Assembly: GCA_016926955.1 (NCBI GenBank)
Contig: JAFGNN010000001.1
Span: forward strand, 29,968-93,967
Length of the DNA stretch: 64,000 bases
Direction: 5' to 3'
From: Spirochaetales bacterium
GTDB lineage: Bacteria; Spirochaetota; Spirochaetia; Treponematales; UBA12059
Shown here: positions 10,365-19,202 of the stretch, piece after piece
How the letters are laid out: every line of letters starts with the position of its first letter
How positions within the stretch are numbered: the first letter of the stretch is position 1
The notes under the pieces: generated by a model
Told to the model about the DNA's origin: nothing
Databases searched by the model: none
Seen by the model: only the letters and a program-made list of their open reading frames with translations
Made by a program: the position numbers and the translations under genes

Positions 10365-10415
10365 TTCGAGCCTCCCTGTCTTTCGTTCCCCGACGCGGTT
10401 CGGCGTCAGGGCTTT

Positions 10416-10445
10416 AAAACGAAAAAGCCCCCGACCGGGGGCTTC
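10416..10445 (-). terminator. Intrinsic terminator (attenuator terminator and/or terminator of the cyclase gene)
   Basis: Minus strand AAGCCCCC-GGTC-GGGGGCTT then TTTCGTTTT. Confidence 0.8.
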
Positions 10446-10467
10446 ACGACGGACCATCCGCGCGCGC

Positions 10468-10536
10468 CTACGCCCGACCTTCGGCTCCGAGGACGGGATA
10501 ATAGAAGTAGGCCCCGACGTGGACGTTCCGTTCCAT
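10468..10536 (-). CDS. Putative Tyr/Phe-sensing leader peptide MERNVHVGAYFYYPVLGAEGRA (22 aa)
   Basis: TAC TTC TAT TAT codon cluster; promoter directly upstream; terminator about 23 nt after stop. Confidence 0.55.
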   Translation of the reverse strand: MERNVHVGAYFYYPVLGAEGRA

Positions 10537-10543
10537 AGGTACG

Positions 10544-10572
10544 ATGATGCACGCCCGGGCGGGCGCCGTCAA
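10544..10572 (-). promoter_or_regulatory. Sigma70-type promoter for the leader peptide
   Basis: TTGACG-N17-CATCAT, 7 nt before ATG 10536; the -35 overlaps the cyclase stop codon. Confidence 0.55.
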
Positions 10573-11189
10573 GGGCGGTAGCGCCAGGCCGCTCCGATTA
10601 CGGATGAGCTTTCGTCGAGCGCCGTGAAGTCATGCCCCGCTTCGCCCACCGCCTGCCGGAACGCATCGGTCACGAGGATCTCGCCCGCGCCGGCCGTGTC
10701 CTCTCCGAGCTTGGAGGCGGCGTTGACCTCGCGTCCGAAGACGTCCGAGTCCCCGATGCGCAGCATCGTTCCATAGCCCAGCCCGACGCAGAGCAGGACC
10801 TTCTCCTCGTCGGCCCGGCCCGTGTTGTAGGACGCGCAGGCGTGCTGCATGGAGACAGCGGCCTGCAGGGCCTTGGCGGGTTTGCGGAAGATGACGAGCA
10901 TGCTGTCGCCCTCGGTCTTGAGCAGGATGCCGTCATTGGCCTCGAGCACGGGCACCAGGATGCGTTCGGATTCGAAGATGGTCTGGAGGAAGTGGATGAT
11001 CCCGAATTCCGCGACGTTGCGCGAGAAGCCCGAGAGGTCGGTGAACATGACCGCCCAGTCCTCGCCGAACAGGTCCCAGATACGCTGGTCGATCCTGGCG
11101 CGGTCGGCGCCGGGAGCCATGCGTTGCTCGATGAGGCGCTCGAGTCGCTCCTCGGATGCGGATAGGCCGATGCGTCCACGATAGGGCAT
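10569..11189 (-). CDS. Stand-alone class III adenylate/guanylate cyclase domain protein
   Basis: FTDLSGFS, KTEGDS, DVFGREVNAASKL motifs; purine-rich RBS before ATG 11189. Confidence 0.85.
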   Translation of the reverse strand: MPYRGRIGLSASEERLERLIEQRMAPGADRARIDQRIWDLFGEDWAVMFTDLSGFSRNVAEFGIIHFLQTIFESERILVPVLEANDGILLKTEGDSMLVIFRKPAKALQAAVSMQHACASYNTGRADEEKVLLCVGLGYGTMLRIGDSDVFGREVNAASKLGEDTAGAGEILVTDAFRQAVGEAGHDFTALDESSSVIGAAWRYRP

Positions 11190-11267
11190 GCTTTCCCCCT
11201 TGCCGCCATGGTATGGTCCGCGTGCCGACGGAGCAAGGGAAAAGCGACGGACATAAGGAACTCGGAC

Positions 11268-12257
11268 ATGGAAAACGCGACACCCGGTTTCCGCTTGGTG
11301 CTGGCCCCGCTCCACGGGGTGACGGGCCTCGCGTTCCGGAAAGCCTACTTCGCGAGCTTCCGCGGCTTCGACGCCTGCGTGGCTCCCTTCATCCTCGCCG
11401 CCAAGGTCAAAACCTCCGGGCAGAAGCATCTCCGCGAACTTGAGCCGGAGCGGCAGGCGCGGCTTCCCCTCGTGCCGCAACTGCTCGGCGACGACGCGGA
11501 GGCCTTCGTCGCGACCGCTGCCGCGCTCGCGGGCTCGGGCTACCGCGAGGTGAACTGGAATCTCGGCTGTCCCTACCCCATGGTGACGAAGAAGGGCCGC
11601 GGAGCGGGACTCCTGCCGCATCCGGATCGGGTGGATCGCTTCCTCGACGAGGTCGTTCCGCGCCTCGGGACCTCGCTGTCGGTCAAGGTCCGGCTCGGGC
11701 TCGGGAGCCCCGACGAGATCCTCGAGCTGATGCCGGTGCTGGCGCGCTACCCGCTTGTATCGGTGACCATACACGCGCGGCTCGGAATCCAGATGTACAG
11801 AGGAGCGGTCGACCTGGACGGCTTCGCGCGCGCCGCGGAGAGCTGCCCCCATCCCGTTGCCTACAACGGGGACCTCCGAGACGAAGCGGCCTTCGATGCG
11901 CTCCGCGCTCGATTTCCCTCCGTACGCGAGTGGATGGTCGGACGATGGGCCCTCTACGATCCTTTCCTTCCCGCCCGCCTCAAGCGCCTCGCCCCCGACC
12001 CGGACCCTTCCGCGACGCTCCGGACCTTCCACGACGACCTTTACGCCCTCTACCGCGAGGCGCTCTCGGGACCGGGCCACGTTCTTTCGAAGATGAAGGA
12101 AGCCTGGACCTACTTCGGCCGCTCGCTTGCCTGCCCGGCCCGCGCCCTCGAGGCGCTCGCCCGCGCCAAGGGCTTCGCCGACTACGAAGCGGCCGCCGGG
12201 GCGGCCCTCGCCGATGGGTATCGCGGATCGCCGGCTCCGGCGGCGCGAGGTCGCTGA
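11268..12257 (+). CDS. tRNA-dihydrouridine synthase family protein
   Basis: LAPLHGVT, NWNLGCP, GRGAGLL, SVKVRLG, TIHAR, YNGD, MVGR motifs. Confidence 0.9.
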   Translation: MENATPGFRLVLAPLHGVTGLAFRKAYFASFRGFDACVAPFILAAKVKTSGQKHLRELEPERQARLPLVPQLLGDDAEAFVATAAALAGSGYREVNWNLGCPYPMVTKKGRGAGLLPHPDRVDRFLDEVVPRLGTSLSVKVRLGLGSPDEILELMPVLARYPLVSVTIHARLGIQMYRGAVDLDGFARAAESCPHPVAYNGDLRDEAAFDALRARFPSVREWMVGRWALYDPFLPARLKRLAPDPDPSATLRTFHDDLYALYREALSGPGHVLSKMKEAWTYFGRSLACPARALEALARAKGFADYEAAAGAALADGYRGSPAPAARGR

Positions 12258-12266
12258 CAGGGAGCC

Positions 12267-12289
12267 GCCCGGAAGCCTCGTGACACCCT
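12267..12289 (+). repeat. Short dispersed repeat CCCGGAAGC(T/C)TCGTGACACC, copy 1
   Basis: Near-identical copies at 22959-22981 (inverted), 37862-37884 and 37894-37916. Confidence 0.7.
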
Positions 12290-12859
12290 TCAGGGCTTGC
12301 GGATAACGAAGGTGGAATCGATCAGCGCGGCCAGCCGGGCCAGGTCTGGATCGGAAGCACCCGAAAGCCCGAGATCCCCGATGACGTCCGAACGTTCGCG
12401 GTCGAGCCAGGCCCAGAGCCGCGCGGGGCCGCCCTGGGCGACCTTGAGCATGGCGGCGATCTCGTCGCCTCCGAACAGCTTGTACTCGCCCTTCCATACC
12501 AGGTGGAAGGTCTTGCCGTCCCCGCCGGCCACGAAGCGCGGCGGGGCGCCTGCCGCGGCGGGGGCGGCCTTCGTCGCGGAGGCGCCGGAGCGTCCGCGCG
12601 ACATCTCGAGCTCCTCGCCGAGGCGTTCGAGCTTCCCGACTTCCATGTTGTAGCGGTGGACCCGTGCCTGCTCGATCAGGAACTCGAGCCCCTCCGCGTC
12701 GAGTTCCGAGGCGAGCTCCACGAGCTCGGCCCGGAGCCGTTCGAGGACGGCGTCCTTGCCGGCCGGCTTCTTCGCCCGCTTGGGAGTCCCGTTCGGGCCG
12801 GCCTTCCCCGTGGCCTTCGCTTTTCCCCTGGCGGATTCCGCCCCCGCGACCTTTGCCAT
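12290..12859 (-). CDS. Hypothetical protein with Lys/Ala-rich N-terminus
   Basis: ATG 12859 directly after the GerMN gene; coherent protein-like composition. Confidence 0.65.
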   Translation of the reverse strand: MAKVAGAESARGKAKATGKAGPNGTPKRAKKPAGKDAVLERLRAELVELASELDAEGLEFLIEQARVHRYNMEVGKLERLGEELEMSRGRSGASATKAAPAAAGAPPRFVAGGDGKTFHLVWKGEYKLFGGDEIAAMLKVAQGGPARLWAWLDRERSDVIGDLGLSGASDPDLARLAALIDSTFVIRKP

Positions 12860-12873
12860 GACGCCCCCGAAAT

Positions 12874-13749
12874 TCAGAAGGAATTGCGCGAGAGCGGCTT
12901 CCCGATGTAGAAGCCCTCGGCGCCGAGATAGTCGCGGCGCTCGCCCTCGACGAGGAATTGCACGTCGGTGACCGTCGCGAAGGCGGTGGCCGTCCACACG
13001 ATCTGCTTGACCTGGGCCGCGTAACCCTCGAGCCCCATGTGGTTGAACTGAAAGGCCTCGTTGAAGTTGAGCGTGGCCGTGCTTCCCGATATGCGCACCG
13101 GCGAGAGCAGGCGGGTTCCCTCGGGAATCGCGCTGATGAGGTGTTTCGCCACTTCCGAGGCATTCGGGCCTTCGAGCAGGGCGTTGAGCGCGTCGGTCAG
13201 CTGTGAGCCCGTGTCGGGGATGGAACGACGCGACTCGACGCGGACGATGACCCCGTCGTCATCGATGCGCACGAACCAGAGGCTGGCGACGCGGGTCTTG
13301 GGCGCCGGCGTCGCGGACGCGGGCTTGGTCGGGCTTCCGCCCGACGGCGTTCCGGCGCCCGGCGTCGCCGTCGGCGCGCCGTCCGCGGGAGTCTCGGGCT
13401 CGCTCCCGCCCACGGGTTCGGGTTCCGGTTCCGGTTCCGCGAGGGCAGAAGCGTCGCCTTCCGGCGCGACCACCACCACTCCGCCGGGTGCCGTCCCGGA
13501 CGGCGCGCTTTCCGGACCCTCGTCGCTTTCGGACGGCTCGGAGCCGACCGGCGATGACGGCGGAGCGGCCTCGGAGCCGCGGCCTTTCAGGAGCTCGCTG
13601 AAGCCGGTTCGGTCGAGGGTCTCGCGGATGGCTGGCAGGTTGAGGAAAAAAACGACGAAGACGACGGTGAAAGCCGCGAGCCAGAGCAGGCAGCCGACTC
13701 CGGGCTTGTTCGAGGACCGGGAACTTCGTGAGGAACGCCGGGTGGCCAT
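12874..13749 (-). CDS. GerMN domain membrane-anchored protein
   Basis: N-terminal TM, Pro/Ser/Glu linker, ALLEGP...SAIPEGTRLL...QIVWTATAFATVTDVQFLVEG. Confidence 0.85.
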   Translation of the reverse strand: MATRRSSRSSRSSNKPGVGCLLWLAAFTVVFVVFFLNLPAIRETLDRTGFSELLKGRGSEAAPPSSPVGSEPSESDEGPESAPSGTAPGGVVVVAPEGDASALAEPEPEPEPVGGSEPETPADGAPTATPGAGTPSGGSPTKPASATPAPKTRVASLWFVRIDDDGVIVRVESRRSIPDTGSQLTDALNALLEGPNASEVAKHLISAIPEGTRLLSPVRISGSTATLNFNEAFQFNHMGLEGYAAQVKQIVWTATAFATVTDVQFLVEGERRDYLGAEGFYIGKPLSRNSF

Positions 13750-13755
13750 GGCCCG

Positions 13756-13784
13756 ATGATAGGGACCAGCCGCCCCCCCGTCAA
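13756..13784 (-). promoter_or_regulatory. Sigma70 promoter giving a leaderless GerMN transcript
   Basis: TTGACG-N17-TATCAT, 6 nt before ATG, no SD. Confidence 0.65.
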
Positions 13785-13806
13785 GCGAAGCTCTCCATCA
13801 AAAAGA

Positions 13807-13939
13807 AAACCACGGAGTCGGTGAGTCACGGAGAAAAGAGGGAGGAAAACACAAGAAACTGAAGGAACTGCGAGGACAGGATTTCCGGTCCGCATCCATT
13901 CCTTTCCCAATCTCCCTCTCTCTCCTTTCTCCGTGGTTT
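13807..13939. repeat. MITE/REP-like element with AACCACGGAG terminal inverted repeats, copy 1
   Basis: AAACCACGGAG ... CTCCGTGGTTT; purine-rich left arm, pyrimidine-rich right arm. Confidence 0.7.
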
Positions 13940-13945
13940 CTTCGT

Positions 13946-15067
13946 CTACGCGTGCTCGAGGGTCTCGAGGGCGCGGCGGCTGATCTCGTCGGCGGGGTCC
14001 AGCTCGAGGGCTACGCGGAAATAGCCCTTGGCGTCTTCCTTGCGTCCCTGCCGGATGGCGAGCCCGCCCAGGTTCGCGATGATCTTGACGTTTTCAGGCT
14101 CGCGCCGCAGGGCTTCCTCGAGGCGCTTGCGCGCGCCGGCGTGGTCGCCTGATTCCATCAGGCAGATGGCCAGCTCGTTGAGCGTGTCCGCGTCGTCGGC
14201 TCCGAGCTCGAGCGCCTTGAGGAAAGCGTCGCGGCCCTCGGCCCAGCGCGAGAGCCGGCGATTGCCCCAGCCCACCAGGAACCAGCCGTTCCAGACGCGC
14301 GGATAGGTCTCGAGGAATTCGCGCGCCTTGGCGATGCCTTCCTCCTCTCGACCTATCGAGATGAAGTCGTAGGCTTCCTTGAACAGGGTGTCGAGGAAAC
14401 CCTGTCGCTCGAGGCGGCCGGCGATCTCGCGGGCGCGCGCCAGGCGATTCTCGTCGGAGCCGAGCTGGAGATAGGTTTCGAAGAGCTCGCGGGCGCGCTC
14501 GTACGAGCGCAGGCGGAGATGGAAGTAGCCGGCGTTGAAAAAGGCCTCGGCGTAGGGCGGCTCGAAAGCGAGCAGGCGGCGGTAGACCTCGTGGGCCCGC
14601 TCGCGGAATTCCTCCGCCAGCGTCTCGTTGCCGAGCTTCTCGTAGGCCTCGGAGCGGTCCTCGAGGACGACGGCCAGATTGGACAGGGGCTCGGCGCGCT
14701 CCGGGAAGAGGCCTGCGAGCGCGAGGAAGACCTCCTCCGCCACCTCGAAATCCCCGTTCCGCGCCTTTGCCACGCCGGCCTCGGAGAGCTCGCCGAGTAT
14801 CTCCGGCCGTACGGCCAGCACGAAGCGGCGCCAACCGGGCGCGTTCGGGTCGTCCGGGCGCCAGGCCAGCACGCGCAGCATGCCTGCGACGATGGCCTCG
14901 CGGGTCAGCTCCTCGGGGCGGAAGCGTGCGGGATCCCCGCCGGTCTCCACGGGAATCGGAGCGGCCGGATCGAGCCCGAGGGCGGCGAGTTCGCCCGCGA
15001 GAAGCTCGGGGATCGAGATGAAGGCGATGCCCCGGAGACGGGACTCGTCAGCGTCGTCGTTGCGCAT
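13946..15067 (-). CDS. Tetratricopeptide repeat protein
   Basis: Multiple TPR-like helices (AEAFFNAGYFH, ADTLNELAICL, KIIANLGGLA). Confidence 0.85.
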   Translation of the reverse strand: MRNDDADESRLRGIAFISIPELLAGELAALGLDPAAPIPVETGGDPARFRPEELTREAIVAGMLRVLAWRPDDPNAPGWRRFVLAVRPEILGELSEAGVAKARNGDFEVAEEVFLALAGLFPERAEPLSNLAVVLEDRSEAYEKLGNETLAEEFRERAHEVYRRLLAFEPPYAEAFFNAGYFHLRLRSYERARELFETYLQLGSDENRLARAREIAGRLERQGFLDTLFKEAYDFISIGREEEGIAKAREFLETYPRVWNGWFLVGWGNRRLSRWAEGRDAFLKALELGADDADTLNELAICLMESGDHAGARKRLEEALRREPENVKIIANLGGLAIRQGRKEDAKGYFRVALELDPADEISRRALETLEHA

Positions 15068-15917
15068 TGGCGGCTCCGGATCCCCCGGCGCCCGGGCCGG
15101 CCTCGCCGGGCTCCTTCTTGCGCTGCTGGGAGAGGCATTCGTTGACGTGCAGTTTGTAGGACATTGGAACGCCGGTGGAGTCGAAGACCACGCCGACCGC
15201 CGCGAGATCCTTCCGCCCCTCGACGTCCTCGTAGCGGACGAATTTTCCGGGGATGTCGATGGTTTCGCGCGGCTCGTGGAATTCTAGCCTGAGGAGGCAG
15301 TCCCGGCCCACGAGGAATTTGGCCAGTCCCACGAGGATCAGCTTGGCGCCCGAGAACGAGACGTCGCGCACGATGCACTTGCGCGGAACGCCCTGCACCA
15401 AGACCACCGTCTCCTTGGAAACGAGCTGGAGCTTCGACGCGTTGTCGGGAGTCACCAGGATGCGCTCGTCGCGGCGCCGGGCGGAATTGACGTTGGCCTC
15501 GAGCAGGCGGCCGAGCGTCTCCAGGAGGTCGTCCGGCGGCCGCTGGGTGTACTCCAGCATGATGAACTGGAGATCGCCGCCCGACTGGGCGTAAGGCGCG
15601 AAGCCCGTTGCCTTCGCCGACACGAAAAAACTGACCGGGTCGGCCTTGTCGGCGAATTTGAAGCTGAAACGCAGGCTCACGGAGTTGTTGGCCTTGCGGA
15701 TGCGGTCGGCCAGCGAACCGCGGGCGCTCGCGAGCACCTTGGCCCCCGAGAAGCTGGTGGAGTAGATGACGCACGGCCACTGCTCCCCCACGCACTTGAG
15801 GAAGACGCCCGGGGTCTGGAGACCCGTAGCTTTTATGACTTCCTTGGTGAAGGTGACGTCGATGGCCTTGTAGGTCTCGTAGTACCTGGCGATTTGCTGG
15901 CTGGTCGTAATGGACAT
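15048..15917 (-). CDS. PilZ domain c-di-GMP receptor (spirochaetal PlzA-like, PilZN3 + PilZ)
   Basis: RRRDER (RxxxR) and DVSFSG (DxSxxG) motifs; N-terminal MSITTSQQIARYYE typical of treponemal homologues. Confidence 0.85.
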   Translation of the reverse strand: MSITTSQQIARYYETYKAIDVTFTKEVIKATGLQTPGVFLKCVGEQWPCVIYSTSFSGAKVLASARGSLADRIRKANNSVSLRFSFKFADKADPVSFFVSAKATGFAPYAQSGGDLQFIMLEYTQRPPDDLLETLGRLLEANVNSARRRDERILVTPDNASKLQLVSKETVVLVQGVPRKCIVRDVSFSGAKLILVGLAKFLVGRDCLLRLEFHEPRETIDIPGKFVRYEDVEGRKDLAAVGVVFDSTGVPMSYKLHVNECLSQQRKKEPGEAGPGAGGSGAANAQRRR

Positions 15918-15988
15918 GGCTTGTCTTCGATATTAGGATGGAGACGGCCCCTTGGTCAATCGAAGTCCGGCAAGGAAGCGCGAAGGCG

Positions 15989-16984
15989 ATGCGATCGGTC
16001 TACATCATCGAGAACCCGCTGGTCGACCACATCGCCCACGAAAGCTACGGCTTCGTGGAACGCTTCGGCTCGAGGCCGGGCACCATGCAGCTCGTCAGCC
16101 GCGAAACCTTCGAGGCCATAATCGCCGCGGCCCGCTCGGTCTCCCTGGTTCCCGGCGGCTCGGGCGCCAACACGGCCCGGGCCCTGGCCATGTTGCAGGG
16201 TCCCGGCGGCGGAGCCTTCGGCAGACCCGCCTACGCGGGGGCCATCGGCCACGACAAGGCCGGGTCGACCTTCGCCGAGGGACTCGAGCAGGCGGGCGTG
16301 GACGCTTTCCTGGCTTGCAAGGACGAAGCCACCGGCTCGTCCGCCATCGTCGTTACTCCCGACCACGAGCGCACCATGTTCACCAACCTCGGCGCCTGCC
16401 AGGGCTACGGTCCCGCCGACCTCGACCTTTCGCCGCTGGACGATTGCCGCTACTTTTATTCCACCGGCTACATGTGGGACACGCCGCCCCAGAAAGAAGC
16501 GCTCTTCAAGGCCGTCGACTCGGCGCGATCCAGGCGCGTGCCCGTCTGCTTCGACCTGGCCGACCCCTTCGTCGTCGACCGCTATTACGCCGAGCTCCGC
16601 GAATGGCTGCCCGGGCGCGTCGAGGTGCTCTTCGGCAATCGCGCCGAGCTTTCGCGGCTCTGCGACTGCGAGGGTCCGGATCCGGAGATAGTGCGCCTTG
16701 CCTCGCGCTACGCGTCCGTCGTCGCCATGAAGATCGGCAAGGGCGGCTGCCTGGTGCGCTCGCGCGAGCGGCTGGTGCACGCGCCCGGCGAGCTCGTGGT
16801 GCCCGTGGACACCACCGGCGCCGGCGACTCCTTCGCGGCCGGCTTCCTCTACGGCCTGCTCGTCGACGCGGACCTGGCCGCCTGCGGAAGGCTCGCAAAC
16901 CGCGTCGCGAGCCGCATCGTCGCCGCCGAGGGCTGCCGCTACGACCTGCTCGACCGCGCCGACTGCCTCGCCGCCCTGGATTAA
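15989..16984 (+). CDS. PfkB family carbohydrate/adenosine kinase
   Basis: PGGSGANT, ERTMFTNLGA, DTTGAGDSFAAGF signatures. Confidence 0.9.
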   Translation: MRSVYIIENPLVDHIAHESYGFVERFGSRPGTMQLVSRETFEAIIAAARSVSLVPGGSGANTARALAMLQGPGGGAFGRPAYAGAIGHDKAGSTFAEGLEQAGVDAFLACKDEATGSSAIVVTPDHERTMFTNLGACQGYGPADLDLSPLDDCRYFYSTGYMWDTPPQKEALFKAVDSARSRRVPVCFDLADPFVVDRYYAELREWLPGRVEVLFGNRAELSRLCDCEGPDPEIVRLASRYASVVAMKIGKGGCLVRSRERLVHAPGELVVPVDTTGAGDSFAAGFLYGLLVDADLAACGRLANRVASRIVAAEGCRYDLLDRADCLAALD

Positions 16985-17769
16985 TCTTTCCAGGGGAAAA
17001 TCAGGTTGCGGAGGGTGCGCTTGCCGAGGCGCTCTTCGTCGTCGGCGAGGAGCCGCTTCCAGGGCACTGGCTTCCGGGCGGCCCCTTCCGGCAGGGACTC
17101 GAGCCACTCGTACTTGCGCATGCGCAGGCGGAACGCCTCCGCGCGGGCCAGTGCCGCGCCGCCGAAACCGGGAACCAGGAAGGCCGTGAAGATCGAGAGG
17201 GCCAGCGAAAGAAGCTCCCAGACCGTGACGAAGAGGGTGAAGCCGAGGTTGTCGAGCAGCATGGCGAACGAGGCCTTGAGCCGGGCCCCCAGCGTCCGCC
17301 CCGGCATGCGCGCCGCGGCCGCGGGCAGCCACTGGAGGCCGAGCAGGACCAGGGCCGAGCTCCAGAGCACCGCGCCGAGGGCGAAGGACCCGATCACCCC
17401 GCCCAGGCCAAGATAGAAGGGAAAGGCGACGCTCAGGGCGAGGAAGAGCGCCAGCTCGACCCCGCCGAGGATCAGGGCCGTCGGCACGGCCGCGGGCCAG
17501 GCGGCGAACCAGGCGCGGAACGAAATCGAGCCCCCCTCGGCCAAAGGTTCGAGCGCGATGGTCGCGGCGACGCGGCAGAGCTCGAACGCGAGGAATCCGA
17601 GCGCGAGGAGCAGGTTGCCCGCCAGGCCCGGCCCGAGCGCCGCCGCGGGCAGGATGAAGGCGGCGGCGACGGCGACGAACGAAAGGTTGACGAGCGCGAG
17701 GCCCATGAAGGAGTCCCAGGCGTCGAACAGCGACTTCTTTACGGTGAAGGCGATCATGGCATGCGGCAT
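16981..17769 (-). CDS. Polytopic membrane protein, hypothetical
   Basis: Five to six hydrophobic segments; start could be 17769 or 17757. Confidence 0.7.
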   Translation of the reverse strand: MPHAMIAFTVKKSLFDAWDSFMGLALVNLSFVAVAAAFILPAAALGPGLAGNLLLALGFLAFELCRVAATIALEPLAEGGSISFRAWFAAWPAAVPTALILGGVELALFLALSVAFPFYLGLGGVIGSFALGAVLWSSALVLLGLQWLPAAAARMPGRTLGARLKASFAMLLDNLGFTLFVTVWELLSLALSIFTAFLVPGFGGAALARAEAFRLRMRKYEWLESLPEGAARKPVPWKRLLADDEERLGKRTLRNLIFPWKD

Positions 17770-17778
17770 ACCGCATTA

Positions 17779-17807
17779 TTGACAAAGACGCAAGCGCTTA
17801 CCATAGT
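17779..17807 (+). promoter_or_regulatory. Sigma70 promoter of the decarboxylase gene
   Basis: TTGACA-N17-CATAGT. Confidence 0.6.
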
Positions 17808-17881
17808 CGGCCGAGGAGCGGCGACGCCACCAGGTCCGGCCTTGGGCCGGGCCACATCCCTCTTCACAGAGGTACCCCCCA

Positions 17882-19057
17882 ATGCAGGACCAATACGAGT
17901 TCCCCGTCGAGCGCTACATGCCGCGCGAGAAATTCGAGCGCATCAGGCGTTTCGCCGAGGGAAAGCAGACCCCCTGCCTCGTCCTCGACCTTGACGTCAT
18001 CAAGTCCAACTACGCCGTCCTCCGCAAGCACCTGCCCTTCGCGCAGGTCTACTACGCCGTCAAGGCCAACCCGAACGACGCCGTGGTCTCGACCCTCCGC
18101 GACATCGGCTCCAGCTTCGACGTGGCCACCCGCTTCGAGCTCGACCAGCTGCTCCGCCTGGGCGTCGAACCCGGGCGCATGAGCTTCGGCAACACCATCA
18201 AGAAGGAAAAGGACATCGCGTACTTCTTCGACGCGGGCGTCCGGCTCTTCGCCAGCGACAGCTTCGAGGACCTCGAGAAGATCGCCCGCGCGGCGCCCCG
18301 CTCGCGGGTCTTCGTGCGCATCCTGACCGAGGGCCTCGGCGCGGACTGGCCGCTTTCCAAGAAGTTCGGCTGCCACCCGGACTTCGCCCGCAAGCTCATC
18401 GAGCGCGCGCTCGAGCTCGGTCTCGAGCCTTACGGCGTCTCCTTCCATGTGGGCAGCCAGCAGCGCGACATCGGCCAGTGGTCCACCGCCCTGACCGAGG
18501 TCGGCCAGATCTTCCGCTACGCGAAGGAGGAGCTCGGCGTCCAGCTCAAGATGGTCAACATGGGCGGCGGCTTTCCCGCCAGCTACCTCGAGCCCACGCA
18601 CGAGATCGCGGTATACGCCGAGGAGATCAAGGGCTACCTCGAGAACAACTTCGACGGCGAGTGGCCGGAGATCGTCATCGAACCGGGCCGCTCCATGGCC
18701 GGCGACGCGGGCGTCATCGTCACGGAGATCGTCAACCTGGCGCGCAAGAGCACCCACGATCTCTACCGCTGGCTCTTCGTCGACATCGGCAAGTTCGGCG
18801 GCCTGATCGAGACCCTCGACGAGGCCATCAAATATCCCATCTATTTCGAGGGCTCCGGTCCGCAGGAGGACGTCATCATAGCCGGCCCGACCTGCGACTC
18901 GATGGACATCCTCTACGAGAAGACCACCTACATGATGCCCTCGAGCGCCAAGATCGGCGACCGCGCCTACATCTTCACGACGGGCGCGTACACCCAGAGT
19001 TACAGCTCGATCTACTTCAACGGCTTCCCGCCCCTCGACGCGTACATCCTGGAGTAG
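17882..19057 (+). CDS. Ornithine/lysine decarboxylase, PLP fold type III
   Basis: YAVKAN (PLP Lys), SFHVGSQ, GGGFP, EPGR, GPTCDSMD, GAYT. Confidence 0.95.
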   Translation: MQDQYEFPVERYMPREKFERIRRFAEGKQTPCLVLDLDVIKSNYAVLRKHLPFAQVYYAVKANPNDAVVSTLRDIGSSFDVATRFELDQLLRLGVEPGRMSFGNTIKKEKDIAYFFDAGVRLFASDSFEDLEKIARAAPRSRVFVRILTEGLGADWPLSKKFGCHPDFARKLIERALELGLEPYGVSFHVGSQQRDIGQWSTALTEVGQIFRYAKEELGVQLKMVNMGGGFPASYLEPTHEIAVYAEEIKGYLENNFDGEWPEIVIEPGRSMAGDAGVIVTEIVNLARKSTHDLYRWLFVDIGKFGGLIETLDEAIKYPIYFEGSGPQEDVIIAGPTCDSMDILYEKTTYMMPSSAKIGDRAYIFTTGAYTQSYSSIYFNGFPPLDAYILE

Positions 19058-19075
19058 GCACTACCGAGCGAAGAA

Positions 19076-19200
19076 TAACCACGGAGACACGGAGACACGG
19101 AGACACGGAGAAGGGAGGGAGGAAGACGGGATCAGGGATCCTTATTCCCCTTTCCCGTTCTTCTCCCTCTTCCCTCGGTGTCTCCGTGCCTCCGTGGTTA
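19076..19200. repeat. AACCACGGAG element copy 2 with tandem (CACGGAGA)n
   Basis: TAACC ACGGAGAC x3 ACGGAG ... CTCCGTGCCTCCGTGGTTA between convergent genes. Confidence 0.75.
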
Positions 19201-19202
19201 AA

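Noticed and set aside
10255-10415. Possible 6S RNA on the minus strand
   Set aside because: Ends are vaguely similar, but I could not build the long rod with central bubble; local hairpins dominate
10569-11189. Pycsar/CBASS-type defence cyclase
   Set aside because: Adenine-specifying residues are present and no effector gene is adjacent; neighbours are housekeeping-type genes
10569-13163. 864-aa ORF as one large cyclase
   Set aside because: Only the last 206 aa are cyclase-like; the upstream part overlaps dus and two other real genes
17808-17870. SAH-riboswitch-like words (CCGAGGAGCG...CCAGG) upstream of the ornithine decarboxylase
   Set aside because: Lacks the CUGC core and the downstream CGCUC pseudoknot partner, and the predicted TSS (about 17814) would cut off the 5' stem strand; a cmscan would settle it
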